DNA of 64,000 bases from Deltaproteobacteria bacterium. Lineage in GTDB: Bacteria > Desulfobacterota > GWC2-55-46 > JADFVP01. The notes below the pieces were generated by a model. It did no database searches and had not been told where the DNA came from. It saw nothing but the letters and a program-made list of their open reading frames with translations. Positions 45,734 to 53,480 of the stretch are shown here, piece after piece (position 1 is the first letter of the stretch; every line of letters starts with the position of its first letter). The stretch lies in the NCBI GenBank assembly GCA_024275045.1, contig JAJRZX010000036.1, forward strand, positions 19,615-83,614, in the 5' to 3' direction. A program made the translations under genes and the position numbers.

Positions 45734-46987
45734 ATGAAGTACATGAAAGGATTAAAGTGCAGGGAGTGCGCAAAGACATATCCCCTGGACCCCATCCATG
45801 TCTGCGAGCTCTGTTTCGGCCCACTTGAGGTGGATTATGATTATGATAATATTGCCAAGGTGCTTACAAAAGACCTTATTACAGGCAGGGCGCCCAATAT
45901 GTGGAGATACAGAGAGCTTCTTCCCATAGACGCCGAGCCCTCGGTTGGCCTTAACTCGGGTTTTACGCCTCTTATACGGGCCTATAACCTCGGCGAGGCA
46001 CTTGGTGTAAAGGAGCTTTACATTAAGAACGACGCCGTGAACTTTCCCACGCTCTCCTTTAAGGACCGCGTGGTCTCCGTTGCCATTTCGCGTGCCATAG
46101 AGATGGGGTTTGACGTAATAGCCTGCGCCTCCACGGGCAACCTTGCCAACTCCGTTGCCGCAAATTCCGCTGCCTGCGGCCTTGACAGTTACGTCTTTGT
46201 GCCCTACGACCTTGAGCAGACCAAGATTACGGGCACCATTGTCTACGGCACCAACCTTGTTGGCATAAAAGGCACCTATGACGAGGTGAACAGGCTCTGC
46301 AGCGAGATAGGCGGTAAATACGGCTGGGCCTTTGTAAATATTAACATCAGGCCATTTTACGCAGAGGGTTCAAAGACCTTTGGTTACGAGATAGCCGAGC
46401 AGCTTGGGTGGAAGCTGCCGCAGCACGTTATCGTGCCAATGGCCGGGGGCTCTCTTATTACAAAGATATGGAAGGCATTTAAAGAGTTCAAGGCCCTGGG
46501 TTTTGTTGACAGCGCTCCTGCCAGGATATACGGAGCGCAGGCCACGGGCTGCGCCCCCATAGTAACTGCCGTAAAGGAAAAGAGCGAGCTTATACGTCCG
46601 GTAAAACCCGATACCATCGCAAAGTCTCTTGCTATCGGCAACCCCGCGGACGGCTTTTATTCAGCCCGTACCATTCGCGATAGCGGCGGCTGGGCAGAGG
46701 ACGTATCTGATGATGAGATAATCGAGGCAATGAAGCTCCTGGCCGAGACAGAGGGCATATTCGCCGAGACAGCAGGCGGCGTGACGGTAGGGGTGACAAA
46801 GAAACTCATTGAGCAGGGACGCATTGCCCGTGACGAGTCCATTGTTATCTCTGTTACGGGTAACGGCCTTAAGACTCAGGAGTGCCTTGCGGGCAAGATC
46901 TCAGAGCCTCCTGTAATAGAGGCGAAGCTGGCCGAGTTCGACGCACTTGTGGATGGCGGCAAGATGAAAAAAGCCGCTATCAAATAA
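45734..46987 (+). CDS. Threonine-synthase-family PLP enzyme with an N-terminal zinc ribbon. It may be a genuine threonine synthase or an O-phosphohomoserine-dependent homocysteine synthase (MetM-like).
   Basis: PLP lysine in the SFKDR context, a Trp-synthase-beta fold, and an N-terminal C-x2-C...C-x2-C. It sits directly behind the S-box. Confidence 0.75.
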   Translation: MKYMKGLKCRECAKTYPLDPIHVCELCFGPLEVDYDYDNIAKVLTKDLITGRAPNMWRYRELLPIDAEPSVGLNSGFTPLIRAYNLGEALGVKELYIKNDAVNFPTLSFKDRVVSVAISRAIEMGFDVIACASTGNLANSVAANSAACGLDSYVFVPYDLEQTKITGTIVYGTNLVGIKGTYDEVNRLCSEIGGKYGWAFVNINIRPFYAEGSKTFGYEIAEQLGWKLPQHVIVPMAGGSLITKIWKAFKEFKALGFVDSAPARIYGAQATGCAPIVTAVKEKSELIRPVKPDTIAKSLAIGNPADGFYSARTIRDSGGWAEDVSDDEIIEAMKLLAETEGIFAETAGGVTVGVTKKLIEQGRIARDESIVISVTGNGLKTQECLAGKISEPPVIEAKLAEFDALVDGGKMKKAAIK

Positions 46988-47207
46988 GACGGGCTCTTAA
47001 GCGGCGGCGGTAAAGTACAGCGGGGATTATTAAGTGAAGTCCTGAGGCGGCGGTTCTTTCTTGTCCTGTTATAGAGGGGCGAAGTTCTCTTTTACCGCTG
47101 CTTTTGTTGTAATCAAAGGCCCTACTCTGTTATAATAAAAAAATTAACCTCATAATGCTACTTCTTCCCCTTTAAGTACGAGGGGCTTATTCAAGGAGGC
47201 CACTTAG

Positions 47208-48194
47208 ATGACGGACCATTACATAGAGGATAAGACTAACAGGGTTGACCTTGACCTTGAGAAACTCAAAGGAAAGGTTAACTTCAATGACCTTAAATCC
47301 GGGGGGTTTATAAAGCAGAAGCAGAAAGACCTCTTTACCGTGAGGCTGCGCTGTCCGGGCGGCATGATGACCACGGATAAGCTTATTGAGATTTCAAAGC
47401 TTGCCAAAAAATACAGCAAAGAAGGCATGGTGCATTTCAGCTACCGTCAATCCTTTGAGATACTCTATGTGGATTACAGGGACTTTCACGCACTGGTTTC
47501 GGAGCTTGAGGCGCTGGGGCAGAAGGTTGCCTCTTGCGGCCCCCGTGTCAGGGTGCCTACTGCCTGCGGTGGATGCGAGTACAACCCCAACGGACTTATA
47601 GACGCGCAGGCCATGGCCCGTATGGTGGACAAAGAATTCTTCGGCACAAATACGCCCCATAAGTTCAAGACCTCTTTCTCGGGCTGTCCCATTGATTGCT
47701 CAAGAACCGTTGAGATGGACCTTGGTTTTCAGGGCGTTGTAGACCCCGAGTGGGTGCAGGACCTCTGCACGGGCTGCACCATCTGCTCTGAAGCATGTAA
47801 GGAAGGCGCCATTGAGGCCCATCCCGATACAGGTGAACCAATATTCGATGTTAATAAATGCCTCTACTGCGCTGACTGCATTCGCGCCTGCCCAACAGAG
47901 GCTTGGAAGCCCAGGCGTCACGGATTTATCGTACGCATAGGCGGTAAACACGGCCGTCACCCCCTCGAGGGCGTTGAGGTATGCCGCTTTCTCCCTGAAG
48001 ACAAGGTAAGTCATGCCATTGATATGACCGTAAAGTGGTACAAGGCAAACGGCAAGAGTTTCGAGAGGATAGGAAGCACGCTTCAGAGGCTTGGCATGGA
48101 TAGTTATGTTAAGCACATGGCCCCGGTATTTGGAGACATGGCCGTGGTTCCAGAGCATCCGCCTACTGACAGGCCCCTTATAGACCAGGGCTGA
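47208..48194 (+). CDS. Small dissimilatory-type sulfite-reductase-like protein (Dsr-LP/alSir-like) with an inserted 2x[4Fe-4S] ferredoxin domain
   Basis: Putative siroheme/Fe-S Cys cluster ...TACGGCEY...SGCPIDC, followed by two ferredoxin motifs CTGCTICSEAC and CLYCADCIRACP. 328 aa. Confidence 0.55.
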   Translation: MTDHYIEDKTNRVDLDLEKLKGKVNFNDLKSGGFIKQKQKDLFTVRLRCPGGMMTTDKLIEISKLAKKYSKEGMVHFSYRQSFEILYVDYRDFHALVSELEALGQKVASCGPRVRVPTACGGCEYNPNGLIDAQAMARMVDKEFFGTNTPHKFKTSFSGCPIDCSRTVEMDLGFQGVVDPEWVQDLCTGCTICSEACKEGAIEAHPDTGEPIFDVNKCLYCADCIRACPTEAWKPRRHGFIVRIGGKHGRHPLEGVEVCRFLPEDKVSHAIDMTVKWYKANGKSFERIGSTLQRLGMDSYVKHMAPVFGDMAVVPEHPPTDRPLIDQG

Positions 48195-48359
48195 TATTAG
48201 TAGGGGCCGGTCTGGTAAAGACAGCTTATAAGCAGGTGGTACTTAAGAGAAACGTTAAAAGAATCAAGAGCGCCAAGACCGCGGTCGGCTTTATGTACCG
48301 CTTAGCGAGATGATATAACCTCCCTCAGGGATAACGATTAAGAAGAGCAGTGATAAAAG

Positions 48360-48605
48360 GTGGATATGGACGATATAACGGCAAAAGAGAGCATTGATCT
48401 ACGGGGCGTAATGTGCCCCACCAACTTTGTAAAGACAAAGCTTAAGCTTGAGGCCATGGACCCCGGGGATATTCTTGAGGTGGTTCTTGATGCAGGCGAA
48501 CCCATTGCCAACGTGCCAAAGAGCGTCAAGGAAGAGGGACATAAGATTGTCAAGGTAATTAAAGACGACGGCTCATTCAGGATTATGATAGAAGTCTCTG
48601 AGTAG
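48360..48605 (+). CDS. TusA/SirA-like sulfurtransferase (two-layered alpha/beta sandwich)
   Basis: 81 aa with the conserved Cys in LRGVMCPTNFVKTK (TusA CPxP-like position) and a DILEVV-type pattern. Confidence 0.55.
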   Translation: MDMDDITAKESIDLRGVMCPTNFVKTKLKLEAMDPGDILEVVLDAGEPIANVPKSVKEEGHKIVKVIKDDGSFRIMIEVSE

Positions 48606-48634
48606 CCTGTAATTCAACTTTTAAGGAGGCCGAA

Positions 48635-48919
48635 ATGCCAGTAAAGGTAAGGATACCAACACCGCTCAGAAAGATAACAAAGGACAACGATGAGGTTCTG
48701 GCCGAGGGGACTACTGTTACCGAGGTTATAGAGGACCTTGAGAAGAACTACCCCGGCCTCAAAGAGAGGATCTGCGAGGACGACGGCAACCTCCGCCGTT
48801 TTGTAAATCTTTATCTCAATGACGAGGACATACGTTTTAAGGATAACCTCAATACCAGCGTCTCTGATAATGACGAGTTATCCATTATCCCGGCCATAGC
48901 CGGCGGAGGTGCGGGTTGA
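48635..48919 (+). CDS. ThiS/MoaD-family sulfur-carrier protein with the C-terminal extension ...AGGG-AG
   Basis: 94 aa with a beta-grasp pattern. A Gly-Gly is followed by two extra residues (AG) before the stop. The stop overlaps the TTG start of the next gene (GTTGA). Confidence 0.6.
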   Translation: MPVKVRIPTPLRKITKDNDEVLAEGTTVTEVIEDLEKNYPGLKERICEDDGNLRRFVNLYLNDEDIRFKDNLNTSVSDNDELSIIPAIAGGGAG

Positions 48920-49152
48920 AAAAAAAGGTCTATCTTACTTATCCCTCCGATAAGGTTAAGGAGCCTCTTCTTTGCCTGTGTTCGCGCAAATTCAAGGTCT
49001 TAACCAATATCAGGCAGGCTTCTGTAACGGATAAGATTGGAATAGTTGCCCTTGAGCTTGAGGGCGAGGCCTCTGAGATAGAGAAGGCCATGGACTTTTT
49101 TACGGAAAACGGTGTAATGGTCGAGCCTATTGAGATGGATATTATAGTTTAG
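48916..49152 (+). CDS. NIL-domain (MetN C-terminal-like, ACT-fold) small protein
   Basis: 78 aa. RKFKVLTNIRQASVTDKIGIVALELEGE...GVMVEPI parallels E. coli MetN C2 ([30 protein letters not shown]...VKVEVLGYV). It is translationally coupled to the carrier gene. Confidence 0.5.
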   Translation: MKKKVYLTYPSDKVKEPLLCLCSRKFKVLTNIRQASVTDKIGIVALELEGEASEIEKAMDFFTENGVMVEPIEMDIIV

Positions 49153-49178
49153 CTCCGTTCTGGTCTGTATGTTTTCTG

Positions 49179-49230
49179 CCCGCTCTTGAGACCATCTGAA
49201 CACATGGCCGAGAGCGGGTATTTTGTATTC
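49179..49230 (+). terminator. Putative terminator after the NIL gene (stem CCCGCTCT...AGAGCGGG followed by TATTTTGTATT)
   Basis: An 8-bp GC-rich stem with a large loop and a U-rich tail. A promoter-like TTGACA follows at 49271. Confidence 0.35.
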
Positions 49231-49402
49231 ATCAGCCTTCTTTTTTCCCGTAAATTCGCTGAAATTATTCTTGACAAATGCGGTAGGGTATTATAAATTT
49301 ATATACTTGATATTTTTACTAAGGTAATAGAAATACCTTATAAAAAAAGGGGTTTTACATGGACTCTCTATTATTGGTCCAATACCGCGGAAGAGGTCTT
49401 GA

Positions 49403-50362
49403 ATGAGAAAAAACAATACACTGGAGAGTTTTGAGGCAGAGAAAGGACCCTCGGCAGGCAAGGCACGGTTCTCGGCCCTTGAGCTTGTTGGTAATACGCC
49501 TCTTGTGAGGATAAACAGGATTACAAAAGACCTGCCGAGCGGTGTTGAGGTATACGCCAAGCTTGAGTCCGCCAACCACGGCGGCTCTGTAAAAGACAGA
49601 CCCGCGCTGCGCATGATTGAAGACGCGGAGAAGAGCGGGCGGCTTACAAAGGAAAAGATAATACTGGACTCCACATCAGGCAACACGGGCATTGCCTATG
49701 CCTGGATAGGCGCCGTAAAGCAACACCGCGTGGAGCTTGTGGTGCCGGAGAACGTAAGCTCAGAGCGAAAAAAGATACTTGACGCATTTGGGGCGAGGGT
49801 GATTTTCTCAAGCCCTTTTGAGGGCTCTGACGGGGCCATACGCCTTGCGTGGAAGCTATACGTGGCTAACCCCGAAAAGTACTGCAAGCTTGACCAGTAC
49901 AACAACCCCTCAAACCCCCTGGCCCATTACTACGGCACAGGGCTTGAGATTATAGAGCAGACAGGCGGGGCCATTACCCACTTTGTCACTACCATCGGCA
50001 CAGGGGGAACCATAATGGGCACCATGCGCAGGCTAAAGGAATTTAACAGCAATATTCAGGTCATCGCTGTAGAGCCTGATAACCCCATGCACGGCCTTGA
50101 GGGTCTTAAACACATGGCCTCATCAATAGTGCCGGGCATATATCACGAGGACTCTCTTGACGGCAAGGTCCCTGCCTCAACAGAGGAGTCTTATGAGATG
50201 ACCAAGAGGCTCGCGAGAGAAGAGGGGCTTCTTGTGGGCCAGTCTTCAGGGGCGGCCATGCTTGGAGCCCTTAAGGTGGCAAGCGGCCTTACCGAGGGAG
50301 TGGTGGTAACCATCTTTCCCGATGGCGGAGACAAATACCTCTCCACACGTCTCTGGGAGTAG
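49403..50362 (+). CDS. Cysteine synthase (CysK/CysM family; possibly thiocarboxylate-dependent, CysM-like)
   Basis: PLP lysine in the SVKDR context, and GNTGIA, GTGGT motifs. 319 aa. Confidence 0.85.
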   Translation: MRKNNTLESFEAEKGPSAGKARFSALELVGNTPLVRINRITKDLPSGVEVYAKLESANHGGSVKDRPALRMIEDAEKSGRLTKEKIILDSTSGNTGIAYAWIGAVKQHRVELVVPENVSSERKKILDAFGARVIFSSPFEGSDGAIRLAWKLYVANPEKYCKLDQYNNPSNPLAHYYGTGLEIIEQTGGAITHFVTTIGTGGTIMGTMRRLKEFNSNIQVIAVEPDNPMHGLEGLKHMASSIVPGIYHEDSLDGKVPASTEESYEMTKRLAREEGLLVGQSSGAAMLGALKVASGLTEGVVVTIFPDGGDKYLSTRLWE

Positions 50363-50695
50363 GGTACATAGGGCGGCAGGGGGGACGTGCGCAGGGGCAA
50401 GTGGGTGCCGGGGTGAGATAACCGGGGTAGTGCGGAGTTTATATGTAGTGGTGCTTTGGGTCCAATAGGAAGTAAGTACCCCATGACGCACGATTTAATT
50501 GTTTTCATTACGTATTGATTTACAAGACCTTCTTAACTTTAAAATTTAAAATCTGAGATTTTTTTAAAGGGCCTTTGCGAGACCCTTTTAGAGTTTTTGC
50601 AGGTAAGAGCATTTTTTTCTACAGACAGATACGCGTAAGAAGAATATGGGGGCAAAGAGCCCTCTTAACTTAAAAATAAACTTAAGGGGTAAGTC

Positions 50696-51163
50696 ATGGG
50701 TCTGCTCTCAAAGTTCAGGAAAAAAGAAAAATTGTATGTTCCAAAGGAATTTTATGACGATATGATTGAGCACGCCAAGCTGGAGTATCCGCATGAGTGC
50801 TGCGGCGTTCTTATAGGCAACTCCATGATGGGGGACAGGAAGATATTTCACACCGAGAGGTGCACTAACCTCAATAAAGAGCGCGCCCATGACAGGTATC
50901 TCATGGACCCCAGAGAGATAAACCTCGCTGATAAGGGTGCACGCGCGCAGTCCCTTGAGATTATGGGGTTTTACCACTCGCACCCGGATCATCCCGACAG
51001 GCCCTCGGAGTACGACCGTGAGGTGGCCCACCCCGGGTACTCGTACATAATACTCTCGGTAAAGGACGGCAAAGAGGTTACGGCAAAGTCCTGGACATTT
51101 GCCGAGCTTGATGAGCCCTTTGTGGAAGAGGCCATTGAGGTAACAGTATCAAAGTGGAAGTAA
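50696..51163 (+). CDS. JAMM/MPN+ zinc metalloprotease (Mec+/HcyD/QbsD-like)
   Basis: The complete JAMM motif E...HSH-x7-S-x2-D (HECCG ... HSHPDHPDRPSEYD). Confidence 0.75.
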   Translation: MGLLSKFRKKEKLYVPKEFYDDMIEHAKLEYPHECCGVLIGNSMMGDRKIFHTERCTNLNKERAHDRYLMDPREINLADKGARAQSLEIMGFYHSHPDHPDRPSEYDREVAHPGYSYIILSVKDGKEVTAKSWTFAELDEPFVEEAIEVTVSKWK

Positions 51164-51286
51164 GAGTTTCTTTTAAGGTATAAATAAAGGTTGTATTTAT
51201 CTTATCATAAAGCTTTTTTGCGGTAGGGTTACATCTATAACCGTGAAATAACTTTTTCTCTTTTTTTTAAGGGGGTAGTTCATAAG

Positions 51287-52096
51287 ATGGACTTTACAGA
51301 TGAGCAGATAGAGCGTTACTCAAGACACATTATACTGCCCGAGGTAGGGGGAAAAGGTCAGACAAAACTCCTTGAGTCCAAGGTCTTTGTCCTTGGAGCA
51401 GGAGGGCTTGGCTCACCGGCGCTTCTGTACCTTGCAGCCGCGGGTGTTGGCACAATAGGCATCGCAGACGGCGATGTGGTGGATGTAAGTAACCTGCAGC
51501 GTCAGATAATCCATGACAACAATACAGTGGGCATGGCAAAGGTGGAGAGCGCTCGTAAATCCATCGAGGCCCTTAACCCCGATGTGGTGGTTAATACCTT
51601 TAACAGCCGTCTTGGTATAGAGAATATCCGCGAGGTGCTCCGTGACTACGATGTTGTGCTTGACGGCTCTGATAACTTTCCAACGCGTTACCTTATGAAC
51701 GACGCCTCCTTTTTTGAGGGCAAGACCCTTATCTCGGGCAGCATGTTCAGGTTTGACGGACAGGTCTCTGTCTTTAAGCCGGCTGATGGGTACCCCTGCT
51801 ACAGGTGCCTCTATCCCGAGCCGCCGCCAAAGGGCATGGTACCGTCCTGTCAGGAGGCCGGTGTGCTTGGCGCTCTTGCCGGTGTTATCGGTGTGCTGCA
51901 GGCTGTTGAGGCAATTAAAGAGATACTCTCCATAGGCAAGGTCCTTGCAGGAGAGCTCTTGATATTTGACGCCCTTGGTATGAGCTTTCGTAAAGTCAAG
52001 GTGCGGCGCGACCCTGATTGCGCGCTCTGCGGCGAAAATGCCACTATAAAGGAACTCTCGCTCTATGAGCAGGCACCCTGTGAGCTGCGTACCTGA
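51287..52096 (+). CDS. ThiF/MoeB-family E1-like adenylyltransferase (no rhodanese domain)
   Basis: Nucleotide loop GAGGLGSP, an RQ motif, and Zn-binding C-x2-C...C-x2-C (PCYRC, DCALCG). Confidence 0.85.
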   Translation: MDFTDEQIERYSRHIILPEVGGKGQTKLLESKVFVLGAGGLGSPALLYLAAAGVGTIGIADGDVVDVSNLQRQIIHDNNTVGMAKVESARKSIEALNPDVVVNTFNSRLGIENIREVLRDYDVVLDGSDNFPTRYLMNDASFFEGKTLISGSMFRFDGQVSVFKPADGYPCYRCLYPEPPPKGMVPSCQEAGVLGALAGVIGVLQAVEAIKEILSIGKVLAGELLIFDALGMSFRKVKVRRDPDCALCGENATIKELSLYEQAPCELRT

Positions 52097-52235
52097 TACG
52101 TTCTGACGGGTCTTTTCCGGTGATAGAAAAGAGGCGTAAAGAGGTCTTACTTTAAAGGCAGGTCATCTTGCCTCTTAAGGTAAACCCTTAACTCCGCTGA
52201 GGGGAGCCGCACCTGCAAGAGGCAGTTGAACTGTT

Positions 52236-53462
52236 GTGATAAGAAAAAATTACTTTAAGAACCCCGGTGCGTTGAAGATAGACCTTATGCTGAGGGGGGC
52301 GGCCATTGAAGACCCTGTTGCCAAGGCGCGGGCCTGCGGGGCCACCGGCATAGACATACTCCTGCCTAAAAAAATACTTGTAAACATACCCTGCGAAGAC
52401 TGGTTTACCGTGCGCTCGCCTTACGTGATTAAAAAATCCGCCGGTAAAAAGGGGTATATCCTTACCAACGGCAGTGACAGCGTACCTGTAAGCATACTTG
52501 ATAGACCGGAGTTTTACAGCCGCAAGACCGCTACCGGGGTGCCTTTTGGTGATATTGCCGTAACGCACGGCAGTTACACCGTTATAACGCCTGATAAGAG
52601 GTGCGGTTTTTTTAAATCCAGCGCCCAGTGCAGGTACTGCGCCGGGAACTTCAGCACCGATGCCGCTGAGAATGGCGGACGCGTCTATACCGTAGAAGAG
52701 GTCCTTGAGACAGTTAAGGCCGTGCTCAAGGAAAAGGCGTCAGGCATAATATACCTCTCCATAGGTTTTAGCGATGGCGATGACGGGGGCATTAAGTTTC
52801 TCGAACCCTATGTAAAGGCGATTAAGTCCCATTTTAACTGCCTTGTCGCGGTAGAGGCCCTGCCCCCTGCCAGTAACGAGTGGATAGACAGGGCATACGC
52901 CTTTGGCGTTGACTCAATACTTTATAATCTGGATATCTTTGATAAGGAGCTTTTTTCTGTAATATGCCCGGGCAGGGCCGGCCTTATAGGAAGACAGCGT
53001 ACTCTTGATGCCCTTAAATACGCCGCTGGTATCTTTGCAAACGGCACAGTGGCCTCGCACCTCATAGTTGGCCTTGAACCCCCGGGCTCTACGATTATGG
53101 GCATTGATTTTCTTACGGACTCAGGTGTTGTGCCTATACTGCCCATATTCCGCCCCTCAAAGGACAGGCCCCTTGATGTGACGGACCTTGATGCAGAGGT
53201 GATAATACCGGTGTACCGGCACCTGTACAAGACGCTTAAGAAAAAAGGCATCAACTTCAACTGGGTCCGTGATATAAGCATGGTTACTACCCCTGTTGAG
53301 GGCAGATATCTTTTAAATGACGAGAAGAGCTCATCGCCGTTTCTTGATAATTTTTACGAGTCCAGGCTTGGCATGAAAACAGCCTGGGGGCTAAGCGCAA
53401 TCAGAAGACGGCTAAGGGTTAAAAAAATTAAAAAAGAGGACCCCCCCGAGGGTTCTCCGTAG
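52236..53462 (+). CDS. Hypothetical protein with a C-x9-C-x2-C cysteine cluster followed by a TIM-barrel-like region. Possibly a non-canonical radical-SAM/Fe-S enzyme.
   Basis: 408 aa containing CGFFKSSAQCRYCAGNF. No canonical C-x3-C-x2-C is present. Glycine-rich (GGG-like) segments follow. Confidence 0.35.
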   Translation: MIRKNYFKNPGALKIDLMLRGAAIEDPVAKARACGATGIDILLPKKILVNIPCEDWFTVRSPYVIKKSAGKKGYILTNGSDSVPVSILDRPEFYSRKTATGVPFGDIAVTHGSYTVITPDKRCGFFKSSAQCRYCAGNFSTDAAENGGRVYTVEEVLETVKAVLKEKASGIIYLSIGFSDGDDGGIKFLEPYVKAIKSHFNCLVAVEALPPASNEWIDRAYAFGVDSILYNLDIFDKELFSVICPGRAGLIGRQRTLDALKYAAGIFANGTVASHLIVGLEPPGSTIMGIDFLTDSGVVPILPIFRPSKDRPLDVTDLDAEVIIPVYRHLYKTLKKKGINFNWVRDISMVTTPVEGRYLLNDEKSSSPFLDNFYESRLGMKTAWGLSAIRRRLRVKKIKKEDPPEGSP

Positions 53463-53480
53463 CAGCAGTGGAGTTGTCCC

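Noticed and set aside
52236-53462. Calling the 408-aa protein a canonical radical-SAM enzyme
   Set aside because: No C-x3-C-x2-C motif is present. Only a C-x9-C-x2-C cluster exists, so it is reported as an uncharacterised Cys-motif protein rather than a radical-SAM enzyme.
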